Shown here: positions 49,275-58,498 of the stretch, one piece after another
Layout: each line of letters begins with the position of its first letter
Position numbering within the stretch: position 1 is the stretch's first letter
Virus record (IMG/VR): IMGVR_UViG_3300046740_000391
Span: 4,640 to 68,639 of that record
Direction: 5' to 3' (one strand)
From: a virus
DNA: 64,000 bases
Translations under genes and position numbers: made by a program
Notes under the pieces: model-generated
What the model was told of the DNA's origin: nothing
The model's database searches: none
Seen by the model: the letters and a program-made list of their open reading frames with translations, nothing else

Positions 49275-49784
49275 TCAGTTGGACTCCTTGTTGCGGGAGG
49301 TGAGGATCAGCATGGAGGTGAACACCAGAGCGGCGAACACCAAGAGCAGCGAGTTGCTCGATGGACTCTCCTGTGCGGCTGGCTGAACGGTGTCAGTCGG
49401 CGGATTGGTGATGTGTTCGTGAGGCGGCGTGCTCGGCACGGAGTGTGTCGAGGGAACGCAGGTAACGCACGGTGTCGGCGTCGGCACGCCGTGGCTCGCG
49501 CCACAGTCGGGACACGGTGTCGGCGATGTCGACGGCACGGGCGATGTCGGTTGCGACGGCGTATCCGTGGGTGTGCTCGTGGGGATGTTGCTGGGCACGT
49601 CGCTGGGGCTTGTGGTGGACGTGGCCGTGGCTGTGGGTTCCTCGGAGGGAACCGAGTCGGTGTGTGTGGCGGTGGGCGTGGCGGAATCGCCCTCGGGATG
49701 GCTTGCCATCGTCGGCTGCACCGAAAGCAGCAGCAAGATCGTCAGCCCCAAGAGAGCCGTGATCGTGGATTTCCATGTCCTCAT
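49275..49784 (-). CDS. Pro/Thr-rich surface protein with signal peptide, PPTDT motif and C-terminal TM
   Basis: N-terminal hydrophobic signal, PT repeats, NPPTDT, TM helix, short RNK tail. Confidence 0.65.
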   Translation of the reverse strand: MRTWKSTITALLGLTILLLLSVQPTMASHPEGDSATPTATHTDSVPSEEPTATATSTTSPSDVPSNIPTSTPTDTPSQPTSPVPSTSPTPCPDCGASHGVPTPTPCVTCVPSTHSVPSTPPHEHITNPPTDTVQPAAQESPSSNSLLLVFAALVFTSMLILTSRNKESN

Positions 49785-50561
49785 TCCTGTGAGGCCTCCA
49801 TAGCAGGTTGTTGCATGGCCAACGAGACTCGATGGCATCTCCTGTGGGATGGGTGATCACGCCTCGGTGAAGTAGTAGTCGCCGAGCCTCGGAGCCTTGC
49901 CCTCGATGTCGAACGCGACAATGGCCTTGCGAACCGCCTCCGAGGACTCCAGCGTGAAGATCTGCGCTCGCTCGTCGTCGTGGGTGTCGAAGATCAGCGC
50001 GTTGGCCACAATCAGCGACACGCTGGCGTGAAACCGTCGAGCCAGGGCCAGTGCGAACGGACAACGGAACGGACTGAATGGGACGCCGTGGTCGATGTCC
50101 TCTTGGGTGAGGGTGACGCGGTATCGCTTGTTCATGATCGATGCCACCGTGCTGCAGCGTGTCGAGCACGCATCCGATGTGCCTGGGTGAAGACGAGGCG
50201 ATCGTCCTCGCGGCGATCGAGCCAATTGCGGAGTGGAACGGTTGCGACCACCGCCGCGATGAAGCCGACGATGGTGATGACGCCCAGCAGGTCAGCCATC
50301 GGTCGGCTCACCAACCGATGCCTCAGCCGGGATGGCACGAGGCTGAGGGAATGTTCGCTTGACGACGCCAAGCTCGACCAGCACGGCCAGGCCAACCAGC
50401 CGCTGGATCTGATCGGCCGTGAACTGCTGGCCGCGCCGCAGCATCTTGTTCCGAGCCGTCAGATCGTCCTCAGCGGCGACCCAGCGATCCGGTTCGTTCA
50501 GCGCCAACGCCTCTGCGTTCTTCGCTGTGATCCGGTACTTGGGAAACATCGACGGGAGCAT

Positions 50562-51038
50562 TCAGTCGCTCTCCTTCCTGCGCCTGGCACGGCGCGGCTT
50601 GGGGACCTCGGCGTCCGAGATGGTGATGCTGGGACTGAGTGCGGCGACGAGCGCGCAGTCGTCGGCGTGCGTCTCTTCGCTGTCCACGAAGTGGTTGCAG
50701 AACGGGCACGACGGCCGACCGTTGTACATCGGCTGATAGCCGTTGCGCAGCAGGTCTTCCAACTCCTCCCGCAGAACGTCGATGACGCTGAGCGTCTCGC
50801 GCTCGTAGGTGATGTTGGAGCGGTCAATCTCCAACTCGACGTTGTACGAGTTCAGCTCGTACTGCAGATCGACGAGTTCCTGTCGCAGCAGCCACAGGTC
50901 CTCGGCTTCGATGCGGAACAGGATCCGCTCCAACCCAGGAACGGCCCTGCCGATCCCGCGCAACGTCTCTTCGACGGATCGTGCTGTGCCCAGCGTCATC
51001 GTGTCGTCGAGCACGATGGCGCCGCTGTAGATGACCAT
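50562..51038 (-). CDS. Hypothetical protein with CPFC...H...C site
   Basis: AAGGAGGG RBS. Confidence 0.5.
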   Translation of the reverse strand: MVIYSGAIVLDDTMTLGTARSVEETLRGIGRAVPGLERILFRIEAEDLWLLRQELVDLQYELNSYNVELEIDRSNITYERETLSVIDVLREELEDLLRNGYQPMYNGRPSCPFCNHFVDSEETHADDCALVAALSPSITISDAEVPKPRRARRRKESD

Positions 51039-51078
51039 CAGTGGCCCTCCTTTCAAACGATGCGTTTGTGGCGTTTAC

Positions 51079-51150
51079 GTGCGACGCACACAAGCGGCAA
51101 ACCGAGACCCGCGAAGAACCCATGGGGGGTCCTAGACGCGGGTCTCGGTT
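51079..51150 (-). promoter_or_regulatory. Hairpin plus TTGCCGCTT-N4-GCGTYGCAC motif
   Basis: AACCGAGACCCGCG / CGCGGGTCTCGGTT stem abutting the motif. Confidence 0.7.
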
Positions 51151-52166
51151 GCGGGATTAGTACGTGGACAGTGCGATGATCGTGACCACCAGCGCGATCC
51201 ACGCGAAGAACAAGCACAGCGCGGAGAAGAACACGCGCTGCACCCACACCAACCATCCCTCGGGGACGAACAGCGTGGCCAGGCTTGCGCCCAGCATCGT
51301 TGCGATGCTCATCGTGAGCATGAACATGAACGGGTTGTCCATCACGCCGACCGCATGAAGCGATCGCCATAGCCGAACCCGAGGCGAGTCTCGATCGTGG
51401 CAATCGAGAGCCGATCGCCGATCTCGATCGCCTTGTCCAGCAGCTTGACCAGCCACATGATCTCCGCGCTGAGCGGCGCTGTTGCAGCTGCCTGCTCAGC
51501 ACGGGTGGGGTCCAGATGGGGTCGGAACACCGGGATGCCCTCAGGCGTGGTGGTCCACTGGCCGACACCGGCATCGCCCTGTGCCTCATCGGTGTATCCG
51601 TACATCGCCATAGCGAACCTCCTGTATGGGTGACGTGTGTGAGCCGAGCAACGAACGTTGCTCATGCAACACACCCTCAACGCAAACGAGCGCTGCTGGG
51701 TGAACACCAACGTGATGATGTCCACCCAGGAGCGCTCGTAGCAGCTCCTGTATTCAGTTAGGACTGGCCGCTAGGACTACCGCGAACGGCGGAACCGACG
51801 GGACCGCATCGGCCCATCGGAAGACTTCCGGTTCGGCGACGAGGTGCGGTACTCATCACCCGTGGACGCTTCTGCGGGCTCACTCACGATGCGACCCGCG
51901 CCGCTAGCGTCAGCGGTCAGGTCGACAGCGTGACGCTCCCGCATCAGTCGATCGATAGCGTGAACATCGTCGTAGAGACGAGACGACATGGTGGAACGAT
52001 GACCTCATGCACGATGGGGACGATGTGCGACGAGCGCAGCAACGCGACGGTGCGTGACCGTGGGGTCAAACACCGCCGCGTTGTAACGCACGATCGCACG
52101 AACGATCAGCGCGTTTGCCAGTACGGTGCGACCCCGGAACCCTTGCGGATTCCGGGGTCGCGCGGC

Positions 52167-52532
52167 CTAGCGGATCGTGCCGGTGCACCCCGCCTTGTCC
52201 AGCGTGGCGCAAGGCTCGCCGGACTTGCGGGGCGTCGCGAAACCGTGCGCGGCACCGTGCACCGTTTCCCCGCCATGCGACCAATCGGCGTCGACCGTGC
52301 ACGAGTAGCCGGGGACCGCGAAGATCGCAGCGGCCTTGCGCGTGTCCTGCATGGACAGCCCCTGTAGCACGGCGGGACGCCCGTCGACGGCAACACCGGC
52401 GACGCTCACGCGAGCCGATGCCGCGAACGGGGACGCAACCGGCGCAGCGGCCGGTGCACTGGTGGGAGTCTCGCCGGACTTGAGCGCGGCGACGACAGCG
52501 GCGACGATTGCCGCGAGATCCTGATCGGCCAT
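52167..52532 (-). CDS. First gene of the leftward arm, hypothetical
   Basis: GGGAGG RBS; followed by a GCAA-loop hairpin. Confidence 0.6.
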   Translation of the reverse strand: MADQDLAAIVAAVVAALKSGETPTSAPAAAPVASPFAASARVSVAGVAVDGRPAVLQGLSMQDTRKAAAIFAVPGYSCTVDADWSHGGETVHGAAHGFATPRKSGEPCATLDKAGCTGTIR

Positions 52533-52678
52533 GGTAGGCCTCCCGTGGGAAAGGCCGCGTGCGCGCCTGTGTGGCGGGCATGGTTCGGCCTAGGGACACC
52601 TTCTCACCCCCCCCGGTCGGCGCGGCCAAACGCCCCTGAACGGCTTTCGAGTGGCGTGGGAAAAAACCGGGCGCACAC

Positions 52679-52707
52679 TTGACAACCTAGGTGCAAAGTA
52701 GTATGCT
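52679..52707 (+). promoter_or_regulatory. Consensus sigma70-like promoter for the rightward arm
   Basis: TTGACA-N17-TATGCT in the divergent intergenic gap. Confidence 0.8.
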
Positions 52708-54150
52708 ACTGACACTAAGCAGTCAAGCTACTGCGAAATCGGCCCTGGACAAGCCGTTTGGCCCCAAATTGGACGAAATGGGCCATTTTCCTCGTACTAT
52801 GCTACGAAATATTCGTGCTCATAAGGTGGAACGGGTGTCAGAAAACACGGGCCAGTACAAATGACCAGCGCCACGGTCAAGGTCTGGTATTCGTTCGGGC
52901 AGGACGGGCGGCGTCGGAAGCTTGAGAGCCTGGCGCAGAGCACCGGGGTGAAGCTGTTGCTCACCAGCGTTAGCCGGGGTTGGTTCACCACCACCATCAA
53001 ATACGAGGTGAGTGGCGATGCTGAGCAGATGGGTGCATTCCAGGCTCGATTGGCGGAGATCGTATGAACATCCTCGCGAGGTTGCTGCGGACTGACAGCC
53101 TCTGGCAGATCCAGTCGCCGACCGGTAGCACAACAACGATCTGGAACAGCGGCAGCGAGCGTCTCGACCACCAACACGTCGTGGCGATCTATCCCGGGTC
53201 CCGGGTCAGCCGCGTGACTGGCTGGCGCTACTGGGCCGCGCAACTCACCCGTCCCCGACTCTCGTGGGTCGAGTTCCTGGTGATCGTCTGCCTCGTCCAG
53301 TTCATCTTCAGGATCCTGTGAGACCCCTGGCTGAGATCCGGAGCGATATCGCCTTCGAGATGATGTCCACCGGGTCGAGTTCGCTGCTCGAAGAGTTCGA
53401 GGAAGCCGTCCGAGCTGACGAGGTTCTGGACAAGTGGGACAAGTGGGACAAGTGGGCGACCACGGTCAGCCCAGCTGAGTACATCGGATTGCGCGAGGCG
53501 CTGAAGGAGGTGGTTCGAAGCTTGGTACCCAAGTACCACCCAGATCATCCAGAGGACCACGGGTTCTCATTCGAGACAGGCAGGATCCTGGCGGATCTGC
53601 TGAGAAGGGAATGATGGAGGAACAACTGGCCGATTTGATCCATGAGGCCCGATGCGGGCCCGAAGAGTGGAAGAGCAGCGAGCACATCCCCTGGACCGAT
53701 GATCACCGGGAATGGGATCTGGCGACAGCACGCGCACTGCTGATGCTGGGCGTTTGGCCACCGAAGCTGGTGGAACAGGTGAAAGCCTCGATCGAGGCTC
53801 TGCCATTGCTGCCGGTGCAGCGGATCAATCCAGAGGCCGATGCGTACGTCATCTGGGGATCTGCCGCGGTGACAACCAAGGGGCGCGCGGTCGAGATCAT
53901 CAACAGGAGCAAGGGGGATTCGTGACAGACGAGTTTCAAGTTGTCAGCGACGAGCTTCGATCGAAGCGGGTCGCGAACATCGGGATCAGTCCGGCGACCC
54001 AAGCGCTGATCGACGGCAAGACCATTCTGGTCCCGGGTGATTTCAAGTCCGGGCGCTATTTCAACACGCTGCGTCGAAACGGTATGCGGCTTCGGCAGCA
54101 CAGGACCGAAGAGGGCATGGTGCTGTGGGCCGAGAAGATCGAGCCCGCCG

Positions 54151-54363
54151 ATGCCGAATGACAAGGTGCAGCGAAGCTTCTACCTCTCAGAGGACCAAGC
54201 CCGCTGGCTGAAGGTTCGCGCAGCTGAGACAAACAAAAGTGCCAGTTCATTGATCGCAGAGTTGATTGACTCAGCCCGCGGCGGCCAATCGACCACACCT
54301 GAGCAAGTCGAGTCTCAGATGAAGAACGTACACAACGTTCTGTCCAAGATCGCGAAGCAATGA
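54151..54363 (+). CDS. Ribbon-helix-helix (CopG/Arc-like) regulator
   Basis: QRSFYLSEDQARWLKVRAAETNKSASSLIAELID. Confidence 0.7.
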   Translation: MPNDKVQRSFYLSEDQARWLKVRAAETNKSASSLIAELIDSARGGQSTTPEQVESQMKNVHNVLSKIAKQ

Positions 54364-54460
54364 AGCGACGCGAGTCTGAACTAGTTCTGGAAGTCCTGAT
54401 TGTGATTTCCGGACTGATCATCATCATGCTGGCGATCACATCGCCTGGAGGCACACTGAA

Positions 54461-55417
54461 GTGACCGAACAGAACTTGCAGCCCACCACGCACGCTGATG
54501 CGTCGGAGGATCTGCTCGTTGACCGCGCAATCAAGTTCGATACCAAGATCATCGCGTTCAAGGACATCGACCTCGAAGCGTCGGCACGCAATCAGGCGAG
54601 GTTCCTCGCCATCCACCCCGAGACGGTTGAGCTGTACACCGCCGCCATGAACGATGGGGCCGTGTTCCCCAGGATCGTGGTCTACGGATCCAAGCCGCCG
54701 TACTCCGCCCTCGATGGCAACCACCGCATTCGGTCGGCCATTGCCGTCGGTTTCACCGCTGCCGAGATGATCGTCGTCTCCAGCGCCACCCAAGCACAGC
54801 GCGAGCTGTTCACCTACGAGGCAAACGCGAAGCATGGACTGCCGACATCTCTCGAAGAGCGCATCGCCCAGGGCGTCTACTTGGTCGGTCTTGGCAACCA
54901 GGCCGTCGACGTGGCGTCTGCGCTCGGAGTTCCTGAGCGCAAACTGTGGGGCGCAGTGGCCGCAAAGCGTTCACGTCAGCGACTGGAACGACTCGGCGCG
55001 AAAATCAGCACGCGGTGGGGCGATGACACGTTCCGTCGTCTCGCGTCCATTCGCTCAGACACGGTCGTCGTTCCGTTTGCCAAGCTGATCACGTCCGCTG
55101 GTCTCTCGAATACGGAGGTCAGCGCGCTGATCGTCCAGGTCAACGCCTTCACCACTGAGGGCTCCCAGTTGGCCTTCATCGAACAGCGGGCAGCTCAGCT
55201 CGCGCCCATCATCCGAAGCACCGCCGGTGGCGCGGTGAACCTCCCCAAGGAGGTCACCACGCTGCGCCTGGGTCTGCGGATGTTCAAGAACATGGAGCCA
55301 GACAGGCTGGCTGCCGCTGTGGCCACGATTGACCCCGGGCTGCGCGACTCGCTGGGTCGGGAGACTCTTGAGTCGGTCAGCGTTCTGATCAATCTGGCGG
55401 GTGTGTTCAAGAAGTGA
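54461..55417 (+). CDS. ParB/Srx-like N-terminal domain protein with HTH
   Basis: V.LY..AM..G..FP.IVV...LDGNHR..A; N..HGLP.S. Confidence 0.75.
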   Translation: MTEQNLQPTTHADASEDLLVDRAIKFDTKIIAFKDIDLEASARNQARFLAIHPETVELYTAAMNDGAVFPRIVVYGSKPPYSALDGNHRIRSAIAVGFTAAEMIVVSSATQAQRELFTYEANAKHGLPTSLEERIAQGVYLVGLGNQAVDVASALGVPERKLWGAVAAKRSRQRLERLGAKISTRWGDDTFRRLASIRSDTVVVPFAKLITSAGLSNTEVSALIVQVNAFTTEGSQLAFIEQRAAQLAPIIRSTAGGAVNLPKEVTTLRLGLRMFKNMEPDRLAAAVATIDPGLRDSLGRETLESVSVLINLAGVFKK

Positions 55418-55998
55418 GCCCGGCCCGGGCTCGTCTGCAGACTTGGACCCGTGCTGCCGTCGACGTGATGGCTGACGGGCCCAGGCTCAGGACTGCCGTG
55501 GTGGCGGCGGCCGTGATGGCCGTCCCACCCGGGGTCGCTGTTCGGGCACACCGGCGTCGAGGAAAGCCATCGGAGCGGGTCTCGGTCGAACACGAGACCG
55601 CAGTTGGGGCGAGGTGGGTGGTGAGTCGGAACCTCTCGGCGATGATCCGATCCGGATCCATCGTCCAGTACACCACCGACGACGGAGAGGTCTTTCTCGA
55701 CCTTTCCGCCCGGTCCCGCCGCCTCTTGACCAAGTGAGCTATGCTGTGGATCAGGTGATGACCATCGAGGTGTCAACATGATGCCGCCGCAGGGTGGGGC
55801 TCGCGTACCGAACCCCACTCTGGTGTTCCGGCGGGCTGATGGGACACACCTCGCGACCCGGATCTGGTACCACGTTCCCCGCGTCGATGAGATCGTCGAG
55901 TTCGACGACGTCAGCTACACGGTGGACACGGTGACCTGGACCGACGACGAGGTGGTCATCATCCTGATCTAAGTTGGGTGCCACCAACAGGAGAGGGA

Positions 55999-56232
55999 AT
56001 GAAGCACATTCTGCGCATCCTCGACAAGACCGGAGACACGGCTGTCGAGTGGGCACCGACCGATGCTGCGGAGACGGCAGAGGCGGAAGCCAAGTTCAAC
56101 GAGCTGAAGGCGTCCTCGCAGTATCTGATGTTCGCGGTCCCCGCGAGCAAGCGCGAGAAGCCGACCCAGATCCGATCCTTCGAGCCCACCGCGACGGAGA
56201 TCATCGCGGTCCCCCGCTTCCAGGGTGGCTGA
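55999..56232 (+). CDS. Small protein ending in Gly-Gly (candidate ubiquitin-like / beta-grasp)
   Basis: 77 aa; C-terminus EIIAVPRFQGG-stop; AGGAGAGGG RBS. Confidence 0.6.
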   Translation: MKHILRILDKTGDTAVEWAPTDAAETAEAEAKFNELKASSQYLMFAVPASKREKPTQIRSFEPTATEIIAVPRFQGG

Positions 56233-57094
56233 GAGCGCGCTCTATTTCAACGGGACCCGGGTCGCGACAGCGACCGAATGGTCGCTGACCGCGAACCGGG
56301 ACTACGTTGATGCGACGGTTTTCGGCAATACCAACCGGACCTACCTCATTCCGATGCCGGGTTGGACGCTCACGTACACCGATGGGGATCAGGAAACCAC
56401 GATGAACCTGCCGATCGGCACCACGGCCGAGACGACTCGCAACGAAGGGACTGGTGACATCACGATCCGGTTCAACACCAGGGGCCTGTTCACCGGGGTC
56501 GTTACCACCAGCACCACCAACACGACCAACGGCGGCTTTGTCGTCCCGAATGCTGTCCAGGAGCGGATCGACACCTACGTCCGAGAAGCGGGCTTCCTCA
56601 ACGCCCGCTGGTTCACGTACCCAGCCGACGACGAGTACCGCACCGATCCGCTCTTTGGGCGCCCGTCGAAGCTCACTGAGGCTGACAAGCGGGCCACCGA
56701 GCTGCTCAAGTCCAAGCTGAACAAGAAGCAGCTGGAGATGCTGGAGACGAGCCGCAAGTTCCAGGTCAAGGGCAAGAACCTGACCTACCAGATCCACATC
56801 AACGGATCCGTGGAGACAGTCACGCCGCACGGCTGGTTCTGCGTCCACCCCATCGGTCCTGTCCGCTGGGAGCTGCCCCGGGCCGACGAGGCCATGGCGT
56901 ACAAGCTGCTGATCGAGTCGGACGAGAAGGAGTTCCTCCGGATTGCCAACTGGTCAGGCAGGGACGGAGACAACTGGATCGATCTCGGTCGCATGGACAT
57001 CTCGGGTCATGCCAAGCAGACCCGGATGAGCGAGAGGATCTACGGCGCACGGCAGACCCCTCGCCAGCGGATTGCAGCGGCGATCGGCGTTTGA
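56225..57094 (+). CDS. Protein with tail-tube-like N-terminal segment and C-terminal CxHP domain
   Basis: 19/30 identity to the tail tube segment; WFCVHP...LP..D.AM..KL.IE.DE..FLRIAN. Confidence 0.7.
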   Translation: MAESALYFNGTRVATATEWSLTANRDYVDATVFGNTNRTYLIPMPGWTLTYTDGDQETTMNLPIGTTAETTRNEGTGDITIRFNTRGLFTGVVTTSTTNTTNGGFVVPNAVQERIDTYVREAGFLNARWFTYPADDEYRTDPLFGRPSKLTEADKRATELLKSKLNKKQLEMLETSRKFQVKGKNLTYQIHINGSVETVTPHGWFCVHPIGPVRWELPRADEAMAYKLLIESDEKEFLRIANWSGRDGDNWIDLGRMDISGHAKQTRMSERIYGARQTPRQRIAAAIGV

Positions 57095-57118
57095 CATAAG
57101 GCATCAGGTGTGTACCAT
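57091..57118 (+). promoter_or_regulatory. Sigma70-like promoter overlapped by an inverted repeat
   Basis: TTGACA-N16-TACCAT; GGCATCAG...CTGATGCC dyad at 57100-57126. Confidence 0.6.
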
Positions 57119-57126
57119 CTGATGCC

Positions 57127-57238
57127 GAGGGACCCCAGCGGCTTTCCCCCAGGCCGTGGCTCCCCCGGGCCACGGGGTCCCTCTTCCTTTTGCCCACAAG
57201 GGGCCACCTCTCTTCCCGGAGAAGGTGGCCCCTTGTGG
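57127..57238 (+). terminator. Two strong stem-loops, the first followed by a U-rich tract
   Basis: GAGGGACCCC / GGGGTCCCTC then TTCCTTTT; CCACAAGGGGCCACCT / AGGTGGCCCCTTGTGG. Confidence 0.65.
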
Positions 57239-58081
57239 TACCTTGGAGTGGATCAGGTGATCTCAGGAGATAGCGATGGTTGAGAAGAGCAAAGAACCCC
57301 CCAAGCCGATCACCAAGTCGCCAGAACCGCCGCCCCTGCGGCCCGATCCTGAGTTCATTCGCGGCAAGATCGACCCGCCGACGAAGAAGTGATCACGTCG
57401 CTGCCGACACCGCTGGCGGCGTTTGTCGACTCGACCGTCTACGCCGGGCCCGTGCTGATCATGGCCTGGGTTTACGACGAAGACACCCACGGGAACAAGG
57501 GTTGCTACGGGCTGTGTGTTGACGACGAGGGTCGGCTGATGCAGTTCGCACAGGTCTATCTGCGCGTGGACATTCGATATGACTGGAGCGGACACAAGTG
57601 GGTCGATGTGAATGGAGTGACCGACGATGACGAGGAAGAGCCTGCCCCTGATGGGGGTACGGCGGTTCCGTGACCAATTCCCACAGCTCACGGAATCGGT
57701 GCGTGTGATCAGATCGACCAGGAAGGGCGATAAGCCGCAGGAGATCTTGGGTGTCTGGACACCAGAACGACGAGCCGAAATTGGGCAGCCTGCTCATGGG
57801 CCGAGTAACGGTAGCGAGTGACGGAACCAAGTCGATCGTCCCGCTGACGCACAGCGAGGAGGTCTTCTCCTACCAGAAGAAGGTCTCCGTCCTGATTGCC
57901 GCAGCGCTGGCGTTCAAAGAGAACCCGATCCCTGAAACTCAGAATGCGCTTATGGGGGCGGCTCTAGCGCTCGAATAGGGGACTTGTTCGCACACCTGTG
58001 CGTGATAGAGTCCGAGCCACAACTTCATACGAACCACTGTGTCGTTACGTTCCCGCGGGACGACGCAGTTCAACCCGAACG

Positions 58082-58116
58082 GACGGGTCGGCTGAGGCAT
58101 AGCCGACCCGTCTTTT
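58082..58116 (+). terminator. Intrinsic terminator in the leader of the queD-packaging operon
   Basis: GACGGGTCGGCT / AGCCGACCCGTC followed by TTTT. Confidence 0.8.
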
Positions 58117-58135
58117 CTGTTCACCGGAGGGATCG

Positions 58136-58498
58136 GTGAAGCACACCACAACGGTGACCGTGCCGTTCGAGGCCGGACATCAAATCGACTATCTCGATGG
58201 TTGCAAGTGGACGGGCCATGGGCATCGTTGGACGGTCACGGTTACGGTTGGGGGCACCCTTGATGCCCAGAAGGTCTATGTGGTGGACCACCACCGTCTA
58301 CTGGCAGCCGTCCGAGAAGTTGTCGACGAACTCCGAGATCACAACCTCAACGACATGCTCCCCGGAGTCCGGCCCACCCCCGAGGGTCTCGCCATCTACT
58401 TCCACGAGCGGCTCGCCCTGGGGGTCCCCCGGATCGTAGCCGTCGAAGTTGGCATGGGCGACGAGATCAAGACGAGGGTCGAATGGGATCTGCGGTGA
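58136..58498 (+). CDS. queD: QueD / 6-pyruvoyl-tetrahydropterin synthase-like protein
   Basis: FEAGH...C...HGH.W.V.V.V...DH.LND...PT.E.LA. Confidence 0.82.
   Translation: MKHTTTVTVPFEAGHQIDYLDGCKWTGHGHRWTVTVTVGGTLDAQKVYVVDHHRLLAAVREVVDELRDHNLNDMLPGVRPTPEGLAIYFHERLALGVPRIVAVEVGMGDEIKTRVEWDLR

Noticed and set aside
55999-56232. Pup or UBact homologue
   Set aside because: It ends in GG rather than GGE/GGQ and looks folded, not disordered.
57627-57821. Phd/YefM-like antitoxin of a toxin-antitoxin pair
   Set aside because: Only faint N-terminal resemblance and no recognisable toxin next to it.
57989-58002. LexA/SOS box in the queD promoter
   Set aside because: It differs from CGAAC-N4-GTTCG at the key A/T positions; kept only as an unassigned dyad.
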